From contig JAPLVO010000009.1 in NCBI GenBank assembly GCA_026397045.1, positions 1,548-65,547 of the forward strand: a stretch of DNA of 64,000 nucleotides. Reading direction: 5' to 3'. The notes under the pieces are model-generated. The model was not told the DNA's origin. It ran no database searches and worked only from the letters and a program-made list of their open reading frames with translations. Positions 40,707-50,620 of this stretch are shown here, one piece after another. The stretch is from Patescibacteria group bacterium (GTDB taxonomy: Bacteria; Patescibacteriota; Saccharimonadia; CAILAD01; BJGX01). Every line of letters begins with the position of its first letter. Position 1 is the stretch's first letter. A program made the position numbers and the translations under genes.

Positions 40707-41549
40707 CTACATGTCTAGAAAGTGCGTGAATGCTCCCTGCTTGGTCATGTGTACTTGCTTCAATTCTTTAAGTGCCGATGGCTCCAGGGTTACTTCCAAA
40801 GCATCCTTAATCTGTTGCCAGTGTTCCGCGGTACTTGCTCGTGTAGTGAAAGAAATACCTTCGTAGCTATTTAGGTAGGCAATTAAAACTTGGTGGGGAG
40901 TTAGCTTTGTAGCCATGGCAATCTCTTGGAGCAGCCTGTAGCTGTCTTGCTCTTCCTTGATATTTACAAGCGGTCGATATGCTTGAATTGGTACTTTGTG
41001 CTTTAAGCAAAAATCATAGACACCAGTAGTCAGGATATCGCTATCATTTATGGAGAAGCTGAGCTGATTTAGTGCAATTGGAATATCAGAATTATCGATG
41101 GCTATTTGCAGGGATTTGACTCCAAAGTTACTTACGCCCACCTGCTTAATCAAGCCATCTTTATATAGTTGATTGCTTGCTTTAAAAAAGTCAGCTAGTT
41201 CAAAATCAGGATTCGGTGCGTGGCAGACAAAGTAATCAAGGTATTCAACGCCAAGTCGCCCGAGGCTATCGTGGCAGCCTTCAATAACCTCGTCATACGA
41301 TAGCTTGAGTCTGTTCTGCTTGGTTAGTATTTGAATACTCTCTCTTGGTAAGTCTGCTATAGCTTGGCCAACGAGTTCTTCGCACTTTCCACCTGCATAG
41401 TTTTGGGCCGTATCAATAAGCGAAACACCTGACTCTATAGCTGTTTTGATGACCCTTATGTCGCCTGCATCGTCGTTGTTTGGGTCAGGGTCTTTCGTTC
41501 CACCCATTAGCCAAGTCCCGAGTGCAAGTTTAGGAAGTTGTGATTGCAT
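40707..41549 (-). CDS. Aldo/keto reductase family oxidoreductase
   Basis: AKR fold motifs (LIDTAQNYAGGKCEELVG, QVGVSNF, IQAYRPL). Confidence 0.75.
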   Translation of the reverse strand: MQSQLPKLALGTWLMGGTKDPDPNNDDAGDIRVIKTAIESGVSLIDTAQNYAGGKCEELVGQAIADLPRESIQILTKQNRLKLSYDEVIEGCHDSLGRLGVEYLDYFVCHAPNPDFELADFFKASNQLYKDGLIKQVGVSNFGVKSLQIAIDNSDIPIALNQLSFSINDSDILTTGVYDFCLKHKVPIQAYRPLVNIKEEQDSYRLLQEIAMATKLTPHQVLIAYLNSYEGISFTTRASTAEHWQQIKDALEVTLEPSALKELKQVHMTKQGAFTHFLDM

Positions 41550-41766
41550 GTCCTGAGTATACCAAACACCAACCAGAACTTAAAACCAATAACACCTTAG
41601 AACTTAAGTAAAAAACCCCTGCTATCTCTAACAGAGGCTGCTTATGGTAGCGGGAAGAGAGTAGCGGGCTAGCAATCTTCTAACTGTGTTGCTCGACCAA
41701 AATCTAAGCAAGCTTAATTCTGGTGCTGCGCTCCTCGTTCAACGAACCTTAGGTTTCTCATCCATA

Positions 41767-41806
41767 CCAAAGTAAAAACCCTGATTTCTCAGGGTTTTTA
41801 CTTTGG
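41767..41806 (-). terminator. 40-bp perfect palindrome (18-bp stem, 4-nt loop) overlapping the tRNA-Leu CCA end by 3 nt; a bidirectional intrinsic terminator
   Basis: CCAAAGTAAAAACCCTGA-tttc-TCAGGGTTTTTACTTTGG. Confidence 0.6.
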
Positions 41807-41890
41807 TACCGGGAAGAGGACTCGAACCTCCACGGGTGTTACCCCACCAGTTCCTAAGACTGGCGTGTCTACCAATTCCACCATCCCGGC
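41804..41890 (-). tRNA. tRNA-Leu (anticodon TAG), type II, 87 nt with CCA
   Basis: Acceptor GCCGGGA/TCCCGGT; anticodon loop CTTAGGA; long variable arm; T-loop TTCGAGT. Its 5' end abuts the rsmD stop codon. Confidence 0.85.
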
Positions 41891-42424
41891 TTACTGTTTT
41901 TGTAAATATGTTATTTTGGTGTCACCATACAGCTTTTGAGCCAATTGGAAGTACTCATTAGGTATGTCGTATTTTACTTTGCTTGATGTACTTATCACCA
42001 AAATGCCGCCTAATTGTACCAGATTTGATATGCCTTTGACCAGAGCAATATCAAACTCTATGTATGGTGGGTCAAAAAAGACTACATCGTATACCTCTTT
42101 GCAATTCGAAGCGAAACTTCTTACTGATTTTTTGACTATAATCGTACGGGATTCTACTCCAAGAGACTTAGCATTGCGATGGAGTACTTTGAAAACTCGC
42201 AAGGAATGGTCTACGAAGGTTGCTTCGCTGGCCCCTAAGCTTAAAGCCTCAAAACCTAGGGTGCCGCCACCAGCAAATAAATCTAAGACTTTGCAGTCTG
42301 TCACCTCGATAGAGTTAAATATCGCCGATCTAACTTTCCCAGTCACTGCCCTTGTCACTCCTTGAGGCGGTAACTCGATAGATCTGCTCTGAAACTCCCC
42401 AGAGCTAATCTTTGCTTGTATCAT
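41891..42424 (-). CDS. rsmD: 16S rRNA (guanine966-N2)-methyltransferase RsmD
   Basis: VLDLFAGGGTLGFEALSLGA SAM-binding motif and the VVFFDPPY motif. Confidence 0.8.
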   Translation of the reverse strand: MIQAKISSGEFQSRSIELPPQGVTRAVTGKVRSAIFNSIEVTDCKVLDLFAGGGTLGFEALSLGASEATFVDHSLRVFKVLHRNAKSLGVESRTIIVKKSVRSFASNCKEVYDVVFFDPPYIEFDIALVKGISNLVQLGGILVISTSSKVKYDIPNEYFQLAQKLYGDTKITYLQKQ

Positions 42425-43154
42425 TCGCCTCTAAATAGGCTGCTAGCCAGGCTGCAGCGATAAGCTGTGGGATACGAACTACCAATGTAGCCTTGATAGT
42501 CTTTGCCAGCTTGGCACTCCAACCCTTTTGCAGGTACTGATCATATATATTGTGCTTTGAGATCGATAAACTCTCATGAAGTACGACCGACTTAATGCCT
42601 TCTTTTTTAATACTTCTTAGGAGGGCTTGGTCGAAACTAACTTTAATGGGGGTAAAGAATATGGCGCTACTGATACCCGCCTCAAATGCCACATGGCTAC
42701 TTAGTAGGCCCTTATGCCCATACACCTTCCAGCGTCGACGATATTTCTTCCCCTCATACTCTTCTAGTATAAATTTATGGCTGAGGTGGTGCGCTGGCGT
42801 CAAGCTGTCGGTCAGATAATGAGCCATAAACCCAGCCTCAAAAGAAGCCTTTGCCATATCCCCCTTCTTTAAAGCATCAACCAAATTACGATAGTTAATC
42901 TCTATCCAATCCGGCAGGTGCCCTATTTTGTTAACAGGGTCCCAGAGATGGTCTGTTTTGTACTTGCCTTTAAATTTAAGGCCATCAGGACCACCAGAAC
43001 CTTCAAATTTAAGCAGTAACGATCTTGGAGGAAATTTATCGGGATCCAGCTTGCCCTTAATAAGGCTATAAGCAGTACGATCGAACTTCTGATGCGTGCC
43101 GATAGAATTAAGCATCTTGCCTCTAGTGAGATGACTAAAAAAACCTGAGTTCAT
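42405..43154 (-). CDS. Zinc-dependent phospholipase C / P1-nuclease superfamily-like protein (tentative)
   Basis: The HYLTDSLTPAHH block resembles the B. cereus PLC zinc-ligand block HYLGDVNQPMHA; other His/Asp spacing is compatible. Confidence 0.4.
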   Translation of the reverse strand: MNSGFFSHLTRGKMLNSIGTHQKFDRTAYSLIKGKLDPDKFPPRSLLLKFEGSGGPDGLKFKGKYKTDHLWDPVNKIGHLPDWIEINYRNLVDALKKGDMAKASFEAGFMAHYLTDSLTPAHHLSHKFILEEYEGKKYRRRWKVYGHKGLLSSHVAFEAGISSAIFFTPIKVSFDQALLRSIKKEGIKSVVLHESLSISKHNIYDQYLQKGWSAKLAKTIKATLVVRIPQLIAAAWLAAYLEANDTSKD

Positions 43155-43271
43155 TTGATAAGACTTCCTTCCAGGACAATAGTCATGATGACTGGTAAGT
43201 TATTTTGTAGCATATATTTACGAGTGTCCCTTGTTTAGCAATTCTTTTGGAGAATTAGGCCCTAAGCTCAA

Positions 43272-45305
43272 CTAGTCGAGTGAGGTTATGCTCTTTAATC
43301 TATTAATCTTCTCGCCAAGTTGGGGGTATTTTAACAGATTATGCTTACTTATAAAAGCCTGGGCCGAAGACTTGACCTCCGAAACCAGATCTAGGTCGAA
43401 TATGTCAGCCATCCTGAGGTCCAGAAGTCCATGCTGGGCAGTACCATATATTTCTCCTGGACCTCGAGACTCTAGATCTATCTGGGCTAACCTGAACCCA
43501 TCGCTAGTTTTTTCTAGCGCTTTTAGGCGCTTAATGGCATTAGGGCTCTCGGAAGATGTAAATAGATAGCAATGAGACTGCTGCTGACCCCGGCCTACTC
43601 GCCCCCTGAGTTGATGAAGAGCTGCCAGACCAAATCTTTCTGCCCCTTCTATTAGCATTATAGTTGCGTTGGGCACATCGACACCAACCTCAATAACAGA
43701 TGTGGCTACCAACATGTCTAGCTTGCCGGCTTTGAATTGATCCATAATAGCTACCTTTTCGCCTGACTTCAGCTTGCCGTGCACCAAGCCGATTCGTCGG
43801 TGCCTGAATACAGTATTCTGAAGCGTCCGGAACTCACCTTCGACGCTCTTTACCCCTAGTTTATCCGAGTCACTTACTAGCGGGCAAACAACATAAACTT
43901 GTTGGCCCTGGCCGATTAACGAATCGATATGCGCATAGACATGCACTCTGTCGATCTCCTTGACCAACTTTGTAGTTATTGGTTTTCTACCAGGAGGCAG
44001 CTGATCTATTATTGATACATCAAGATCGCCATAGACAACTAGTGCCAAGCTTCTGGGAATCGGTGTTGCTGTCATTGTTAGAACATGGGGCATATATTCC
44101 GCCTTAGCTTTAAGAGTGGTGCGCTGATTTACCCCGAAGCGATGTTGCTCATCTACTACAACCAGGCCCAAGTTCTTATACTCTACATCCTTACCGATCA
44201 ATGAATGCGTTCCAATAACGCAGTCGACTTCACCTGAACTAATCTTGCTTAGTACCTCATTGCGCTGTGATTTATTCATGTCTGATATTAATAAACCAAC
44301 CTTTACCCCCAGCCTGGAAAGGAGTTTTTCAGCGCTCTGGAAGTGCTGACGGGCCAATATCTCTGTAGGGACCATTATCGCAGCCTGGTAGCCAGCCTTA
44401 ATAGTCATAACTGAGGCCATCAGGGCAACTAAAGTTTTGCCACTTCCGACATCACCTTCGAGCAGTCTATTCATGGGTTTTTGGAGGCTGATATCTTTTA
44501 GGATAGTATGTGCCGACTTCTTTTGGGCATTGGTCAATTCGAAGTCTAAAAGTCCGACGAACTGCCTAGCGACCTCAGTACTATAATTTATCTTAACCGC
44601 CGGTGATGTCTTGATATTATTTTTAATAATTAATCCAGTTAGGACCAATTCAAAAATTTCCTCAAAGCTGATTCGTCTTTTGGCAATCTTTAATGCCTGC
44701 TCGTTAGGCGCTAAATGTAGTAACCGTATAGCCTCAGATATGGGTATAAGCTGGTGCTGGCTAATAATTGGGGCTGGCAATACATCCTTCAGCTCACTTG
44801 CTGATTCAAGACACTGAAGCATTAGCTTTCTTATTATTCCTGAATTAAGCTGTTTAGTCTCTGGATAAATAGGGACGATGTCTTCTCGGCCTGCGTTGAT
44901 GGGGCCAGCCTCGAAGGTTGGGGACTGAAGACTAATGTAGCCGTTCTTGTACTCATAGTTCCCTCTAAACCTATGGACACTATTAGGCTTGAGGGCCTGG
45001 CCAATATAGGGCTGGTTAAACCAAATCGCCTTAACTGTCCCAGTATCGTCGCTTAATATAGCTTCCGTAATCGATAATCTGCTATGGCGCTGACTGCGCC
45101 TCATTGCGACCTTTTCAACACTAGCCTCAAAGCTGACCAGCCCTGGCCTGATGTTTTTAATCTTATCCACAGCCTGATAAGAATCCCACTTCCTAGGGTA
45201 GTAGTTCAGTAGATCCTTCACAGTATTTAAGCCGGCCGCCCGAAGGGCAGCTTCCAGTACTGGCCCAACCCCCTTGAGCCTTGTTAGCGAACTATCTAAT
45301 GTCAT
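43272..45305 (-). CDS. recG: ATP-dependent DNA helicase RecG
   Basis: Wedge domain plus helicase motifs (GDVGSGKT, DEQHRFGV, TATPIPR, QLRGRVGR). Confidence 0.9.
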   Translation of the reverse strand: MTLDSSLTRLKGVGPVLEAALRAAGLNTVKDLLNYYPRKWDSYQAVDKIKNIRPGLVSFEASVEKVAMRRSQRHSRLSITEAILSDDTGTVKAIWFNQPYIGQALKPNSVHRFRGNYEYKNGYISLQSPTFEAGPINAGREDIVPIYPETKQLNSGIIRKLMLQCLESASELKDVLPAPIISQHQLIPISEAIRLLHLAPNEQALKIAKRRISFEEIFELVLTGLIIKNNIKTSPAVKINYSTEVARQFVGLLDFELTNAQKKSAHTILKDISLQKPMNRLLEGDVGSGKTLVALMASVMTIKAGYQAAIMVPTEILARQHFQSAEKLLSRLGVKVGLLISDMNKSQRNEVLSKISSGEVDCVIGTHSLIGKDVEYKNLGLVVVDEQHRFGVNQRTTLKAKAEYMPHVLTMTATPIPRSLALVVYGDLDVSIIDQLPPGRKPITTKLVKEIDRVHVYAHIDSLIGQGQQVYVVCPLVSDSDKLGVKSVEGEFRTLQNTVFRHRRIGLVHGKLKSGEKVAIMDQFKAGKLDMLVATSVIEVGVDVPNATIMLIEGAERFGLAALHQLRGRVGRGQQQSHCYLFTSSESPNAIKRLKALEKTSDGFRLAQIDLESRGPGEIYGTAQHGLLDLRMADIFDLDLVSEVKSSAQAFISKHNLLKYPQLGEKINRLKSITSLD

Positions 45306-45339
45306 AGATTATATTCTAGCATGAAGAAAAAACGATAAA

Positions 45340-46518
45340 CTACTTCTTTATCTTGATATTAGCATACCTGCGTTTACCGAACTGCACCGTGCAGTCAGAC
45401 TTGATGGTTATCTCCAAATCCTTAACCTGAAGGCTATCGAGCTTAATACCCCCCTGCATAATTACTCGCCGAGCTTCCGACTTACTGACCTTGAAAGCCT
45501 TAGCGATAACATCCAGGATGGGTGCCTCTGAGGTAGAGTATGTTGGTATAGCCTGGGGCTTATCCCCATCCCTGAACTGCGAGTTCCAGCTCTTTTCGGC
45601 ACTCAAGGCTGAATTTCTGCCATTGTATCTTGCGACAATCTCACGGGCCAGACTGGCTTTAGTGTCTCTAGGGTTAGCCCCTAACGACATGTCCTTCTCG
45701 ATTTGGGTAATTATATCCATGGGGAGATCAGTTGCCATCTTGAAATACACCGGGATAAGTTCATCGCGGATTGACATTACTTTGCCATACATATCTAGTG
45801 GATCATCATCTATATATATGCAATTACCCCACGAGGTGCTCATTTTGCGCCCGTCCATACCTTCTAGGATATGAAATGTCATGACGCTTTGCGGATCTAG
45901 CCCATATGCTTTTTGGACTGTCCGCCCAGCTAGCATATTAAAAAGCTGGTCGGTGCCCCCAACTTCTAGATCAGTGCGCATTTCCACGCTATCGTAGCCC
46001 TGGAGCAGGGCATACAAAGTTTCGTGCAGACCAACAGGCTTATTAGACTTGATGCGTTTTGCGAAATTCTCACGCTCGGTCATCTGCTGGATGGTAAACA
46101 AGCTAGTAAGCTTGAAAAACTCCTCTAAGTGCATCTTATTGAACCAATCCCCATTCTGGAACACTTCAACCTTGTCCATATCAAGTATCTTAGACAACTG
46201 GGCGTGGTATGATTTGAAGTTGTTCGTCACCTCCTCATTGGTGAGCATCTTTCGCTCAGATTCCTTATCGGAAGTATCGCCAATTTGGGCTGTAAAAGTA
46301 CCTGCCACAAAAGTTATTATATGGCCTAATTCCTGGAATTGTCTGAGCTTCCAAAGTGGAACGGCGCGACCAATATGAATACGGCTGCCAGTAGGGTCTA
46401 TGCCTAGCTTAATTCTTAGTTTAGTTTTTGATTTAAGTTTTTTTTCGAGCTCACTGCGTACGATCAGGTCTTCAACATTTCGAGTTAGTAAATCGTTTAT
46501 TATGTCTTTAGATTTCAT
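45340..46518 (-). CDS. tyrS: Tyrosine--tRNA ligase with a C-terminal S4 domain
   Basis: Class I HIGH-like motif (IHIGR), KMSTS, and a C-terminal S4-like segment (RRVIMQGGIKLD). Confidence 0.8.
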   Translation of the reverse strand: MKSKDIINDLLTRNVEDLIVRSELEKKLKSKTKLRIKLGIDPTGSRIHIGRAVPLWKLRQFQELGHIITFVAGTFTAQIGDTSDKESERKMLTNEEVTNNFKSYHAQLSKILDMDKVEVFQNGDWFNKMHLEEFFKLTSLFTIQQMTERENFAKRIKSNKPVGLHETLYALLQGYDSVEMRTDLEVGGTDQLFNMLAGRTVQKAYGLDPQSVMTFHILEGMDGRKMSTSWGNCIYIDDDPLDMYGKVMSIRDELIPVYFKMATDLPMDIITQIEKDMSLGANPRDTKASLAREIVARYNGRNSALSAEKSWNSQFRDGDKPQAIPTYSTSEAPILDVIAKAFKVSKSEARRVIMQGGIKLDSLQVKDLEITIKSDCTVQFGKRRYANIKIKK

Positions 46519-46557
46519 ATTATTCCTTGAATATTAATTAATAAAAAATAATTTGCG

Positions 46558-46576
46558 GGCTCTAAGCGGTAGAGCC
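46558..46576 (-). promoter_or_regulatory. Hairpin GGCTCT-aagcggt-AGAGCC in the tyrS 5' leader; possible attenuator. T-box identity is not supported.
   Basis: 6-bp stem; the U-rich tract on the minus strand lies 9 nt downstream of the stem. A candidate TTACAT-17-TATAAT promoter lies upstream (-10 at 46631-46636). Confidence 0.25.
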
Positions 46577-46690
46577 ATTTGAATAATATGAGTGTAGGTT
46601 ACTAAATAGTATGGTTTGCATATCTGTCACATTATACCAATAATAGCGTTTTAATGTAATGATGATTAAGACCAATTATTATTTAACTCG

Positions 46691-46699
46691 TGGTATAAT
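46691..46699 (+). promoter_or_regulatory. Extended -10 element (TGgTATAAT) for the PBP gene; the transcript would have a very short leader
   Basis: TGGTATAAT at 46691-46699, 14 nt upstream of ATG 46713. Confidence 0.4.
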
Positions 46700-46712
46700 T
46701 TAAGTTAAGTTT

Positions 46713-49571
46713 ATGGCTAAAAAACGCGCTAGTAAAATACCCCCTAACACACCTAGAAGGATCGTAAAACACTCCAAGAAGAGTCGATCTGTAAAGCCCG
46801 GTGCAAGCAAACTTGCCTTGGCCAAGCCTAAAGGCTGGGCCAAATTTCACTATAAAAACATTTTTCGTACAATAACCAGTAAAAAAGCCCTTAAGATTTA
46901 TGGCGTGACCCTAGCCTTAATAATATTGGCTATAGCCGGGCTTTTTTTGTGGTTTGCTAAAGACCTGCCAAGCCCTAATAAAATTAACTCCCGAGTCAGT
47001 GCCCAAACTACCAAAATATACGATCGCACTGGCGAGAATCTACTCATTGAAGTTTATGGTGACAAAAACCGCAGTATAGTAGAGTTCGACCAAATGCCAA
47101 AGTGTATCAAGGATGCCACTGTAGCTCTAGAAGACAAAGACTTTTACAAGCAGGGCGCATTTAGCCCAAAGGGAGTTGTTAGGGCCTTTTCTGGAGTAGT
47201 CTTTAAGGATCCCTCTAAGGGGGGTGGTTCTACCATCACCCAGCAATATGTTAAAAATGCCCTGCTAACAAATGAGCGGACTTTTGAGCGTAAAATCAAA
47301 GAATTGATTTTATCTATCCAGATGGAGCAGCTGTACAAAAAAGACGATATTCTAAAACTTTATCTTAATGAGATACCTTATGGCTCAACTGCATATGGTG
47401 TACAGGCCGCTTCTAAGCAATACTTTGGCATCGATGCCAAGGATTTAAGCCTTTCCCAATGTGCCACCCTTGCAAGCCTACCTCAGGCCCCGACATACTA
47501 TTCGCCCTATGGCCAAAATAAAGCCCAGTTGTTAATTAAAAAAGACCGCGTGCTTGACCTTATGGTAGAGCAAGGCTATATCAAGTCCGATGAAGCCAAT
47601 ACAGCCAAAGAAGTAGATATACTCGCTCAGCTTAAACCTTACAACCCCTACGCCAATGTTAAGGCTCCTCAATTTATACAGTATGCACGAGAGAAGCTAG
47701 AGGAAAAATATGGCATCAAGAGAGTAAATGAAGGTGGATTAAAGGTAATATCTACCATCGACCTAGAAAAACAAACTGTTGCCGAGGATGTATTAAAGAA
47801 AAATATAGGTTCGGTCAGAAGCTTCGGTGGGAGCAATTCGGCGCTTGTATCGGCTGATCCTAGAACTGGCCAAGTGCTATCCATGGTCGGAAGCTACGAT
47901 ACTAATGATCCAGACTTTGGCAGTTTCAATGTAGCCACAGCACTAAGGCAGCCTGGGTCGTCTATTAAGCCGCTGGTGTATGCTAACATGTTCAAAAAGA
48001 ATTGGGGTGCAGGCAGCACGATGTATGATGTTAAAACTAATTTCGGTGGGAGCCCTGCCTATGAGCCTAAGAATTACACCAACCGCTTCTACGGAGTGCA
48101 ATCGGCCAGGGTTGCCCTTGCCAGCTCCCTGAATATCCCCGCCGTAAAAGCCCTCTATATTGGCGGTATCCCGGAGTTCATATCAACCGCAAAGGACCTG
48201 GGTATTACAACCTATAACCGCTCAGCGGAAGAATACGGACTTAGTATGGCTCTTGGAGCAGGAGAAGTTCGCATGGTCGATATGGTAAACGCTTTCTCGG
48301 CCTTCCCAACTAACGGCGAACACCGCGAGCCGGTGTACTGGACTAAGATTACCGATGGCTCAGGCAAGGTTTTAGAAGACAATACTAAAGAAGATAGCAA
48401 TAAGCCCAAGCAAGCAATCGACCCGCAAATTGCATATGAGATTAGCAGTATAATGTCCGATAACGCAGCCCGTTGCGTGCTGGGTGTGTTCGGTTGCAAT
48501 AATCCCCTTACCCTCCCTGGAAAAACTGTTGCTGCAAAAACTGGTACATCGGAAGACTACCGAGACGCCTGGACAGTAGGCTTTACTAAACGAGTGGCCA
48601 CGGTTGTATGGGCCGGGAATAATGATAATAGCCCAATGTCCCAGTCGGCTAGTATAGTCTCTGCTCCTATCTGGAACCAGTATATGAAGGAAGTTACGAA
48701 AAATGACCCAGATGAACAATTTGATAAACCAGCTGGGATCAAACAAGAAACCATTGACGCCAACACTGGCAAATCGCTCATCCAGGGTTCTAAGCCACGA
48801 ACTGACATATTCCCGAATTGGTATAAAATCGAACAGGCCAAAGACTCGCAAAAGGCCACTATAGATATAGTTTCTGGTAAACTAGCTACCGATTGCACGC
48901 CTGCGGCTGCTAAAAAAGATATCATTGGCTCGCTTATCACAGCAGAGATCTCTCCGAGCGACCCTTCCTATTCGCGATGGAACCCACCAGTCCAAGCCCT
49001 GGCCAGGACCCTAGGATACTCGCAGGGCGGTAGTATCCCATCCGATAAGGATGATGTGCACTCCTGTGATGACCCTGTGCCAATAGCCGCATTATCCGTA
49101 AGCCCAAATAGTGGCAGTACTTTTACAGTTACTGCCAATACAACAGCGGGCAAATTCCCAGTCAGTAGAGTGATATTCTACATGGACGGTAATCAGATAG
49201 ACTCCAAATCTGGTGGCGGCCCCGGGTTTGCTACTACCATAACCCCATCTTCTGGAAGCCACACTTTTAGTGCCGTGGTAACTGACGAGGGGCTATACTC
49301 TGGCACTAGCAATACCGTTACCGTCAGCGCTACAGGAGCTGGTGGTGCCAATCTTAGTTGCTCGGCTAGTAACTGCATATTTACTCTGACAGCAAGCGAC
49401 CCACCTAACTCCCAGCTCTATGTTGGCGGTGTAGCCTTTGGTAGTCCGAAGCCGGGTTCTCCAGTAAACTGGAATATCTCCCCTAGCTTATGGAATGGGG
49501 TATCTGGATCTAGCTCCAATGTAAAACTAGTTTATACAAATAGTGCTGGCACCAAGACAATCTACCCATAG
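46713..49571 (+). CDS. Class A penicillin-binding protein (transglycosylase plus transpeptidase) with an about 250-aa S/T/G-rich C-terminal extension
   Basis: GT51 motifs (EDKDFYKQGA, GGSTITQQ), transpeptidase SxxK-like SSIKP, SxN and KTG(T) motifs. Confidence 0.85.
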   Translation: MAKKRASKIPPNTPRRIVKHSKKSRSVKPGASKLALAKPKGWAKFHYKNIFRTITSKKALKIYGVTLALIILAIAGLFLWFAKDLPSPNKINSRVSAQTTKIYDRTGENLLIEVYGDKNRSIVEFDQMPKCIKDATVALEDKDFYKQGAFSPKGVVRAFSGVVFKDPSKGGGSTITQQYVKNALLTNERTFERKIKELILSIQMEQLYKKDDILKLYLNEIPYGSTAYGVQAASKQYFGIDAKDLSLSQCATLASLPQAPTYYSPYGQNKAQLLIKKDRVLDLMVEQGYIKSDEANTAKEVDILAQLKPYNPYANVKAPQFIQYAREKLEEKYGIKRVNEGGLKVISTIDLEKQTVAEDVLKKNIGSVRSFGGSNSALVSADPRTGQVLSMVGSYDTNDPDFGSFNVATALRQPGSSIKPLVYANMFKKNWGAGSTMYDVKTNFGGSPAYEPKNYTNRFYGVQSARVALASSLNIPAVKALYIGGIPEFISTAKDLGITTYNRSAEEYGLSMALGAGEVRMVDMVNAFSAFPTNGEHREPVYWTKITDGSGKVLEDNTKEDSNKPKQAIDPQIAYEISSIMSDNAARCVLGVFGCNNPLTLPGKTVAAKTGTSEDYRDAWTVGFTKRVATVVWAGNNDNSPMSQSASIVSAPIWNQYMKEVTKNDPDEQFDKPAGIKQETIDANTGKSLIQGSKPRTDIFPNWYKIEQAKDSQKATIDIVSGKLATDCTPAAAKKDIIGSLITAEISPSDPSYSRWNPPVQALARTLGYSQGGSIPSDKDDVHSCDDPVPIAALSVSPNSGSTFTVTANTTAGKFPVSRVIFYMDGNQIDSKSGGGPGFATTITPSSGSHTFSAVVTDEGLYSGTSNTVTVSATGAGGANLSCSASNCIFTLTASDPPNSQLYVGGVAFGSPKPGSPVNWNISPSLWNGVSGSSSNVKLVYTNSAGTKTIYP

Positions 49572-49602
49572 ATAAAACTATGCCCAGATGAACTGGAAAT
49601 AG

Positions 49603-50607
49603 TTATTTAGCTTTTTTATGCCTTGTGCGATCTACCTGGGGGTGACTAGCTCTGGGTGAGTAGTGCCTTGGACTAGCTGAGCCAGACTTTGCTGTTGGCG
49701 TTGCAAATATCATTTTGCCGGCCACCGTCTGGAATATCCTGGTGACTTCACACTCTACATCCTTACCTATCAGCTTATCTCCCTTATCGACAACTATCAT
49801 AGTACCATCTGGTAAATAACCAACTCCTTGGTTCTTTTCCTTACCACCCTGAACAACATTAACCTTCATAATTTCACCTGGCAGAACCACGGCTCTTATT
49901 GAATTAGCCAATTCATTGATATTTAGTATTTTAACACCCTCGATAGTAGCAACCCTATTTAAGTTATAATCTGTAGTTAAGATATTTGCGTCGTATTTTT
50001 TAGCTAGATATACCAGCTTATGGTCAACTTCCTTAACATCTTCGGGGTTGTCCTCGATAATTTCAAGGTGAAGATTATCGTTTAGCCTCATTTCATTGAG
50101 TATCTCTAAGCCACGCCTACCTCGTCCTCTGCGAAGCGGGTCCTCGCTATCGGCGATGTTTTGGAGCTCAGCCAATACGAATCGGGGAACAATAAGTGCG
50201 CCGGGTATAAAGCCAGTGGCAACAATATCTCCTATACGACCATCTATTATGGCTGAGGTATCAACCAGTATGCGTCGTTGATTTTTATCTAGCTTTAGAG
50301 GCTTGAGCTTATCATCCTTAGTTTTCTTATCGCCTTTTTTTGGTAGTAATGCGTCTAAAAATTCATGCTTAGAATAAAATAAAACTGCCATGAATATTGC
50401 CAAAAGAATTGTTACTACTGTTGGCAGATACTGCCCATAGGGATCAGAGAGAGCCGATATGGGGGTGGCTAGCAGGGATCCTATGAGGCTCCCAAATAGT
50501 GCACCAATCCCTACTAGTATTAGCTTTTGTGCGCTTAATTGAGCCAAGCGATAGGCGGCTAGAGCCGCTATTAGTGATAATGATAATATTAATTCTACTA
50601 TAAGCAT
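49603..50607 (-). CDS. YacL-like membrane-anchored PIN plus TRAM domain protein
   Basis: N-terminal TM helices, a PIN-like acidic core (VDTSAIIDGRI) and a C-terminal TRAM-like barrel; adjacent to radA as in Firmicutes. Confidence 0.6.
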   Translation of the reverse strand: MLIVELILSLSLIAALAAYRLAQLSAQKLILVGIGALFGSLIGSLLATPISALSDPYGQYLPTVVTILLAIFMAVLFYSKHEFLDALLPKKGDKKTKDDKLKPLKLDKNQRRILVDTSAIIDGRIGDIVATGFIPGALIVPRFVLAELQNIADSEDPLRRGRGRRGLEILNEMRLNDNLHLEIIEDNPEDVKEVDHKLVYLAKKYDANILTTDYNLNRVATIEGVKILNINELANSIRAVVLPGEIMKVNVVQGGKEKNQGVGYLPDGTMIVVDKGDKLIGKDVECEVTRIFQTVAGKMIFATPTAKSGSASPRHYSPRASHPQVDRTRHKKAK

Positions 50608-50620
50608 TTTTTTATATTCC

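Noticed and set aside
46519-46640. T-box riboswitch in the tyrS leader
   Set aside because: The leader is only about 115 nt, there is no Stem I, specifier loop or AG-box motifs, and the U-tract is not adjacent to the hairpin. It is reported only as a weak attenuator candidate.
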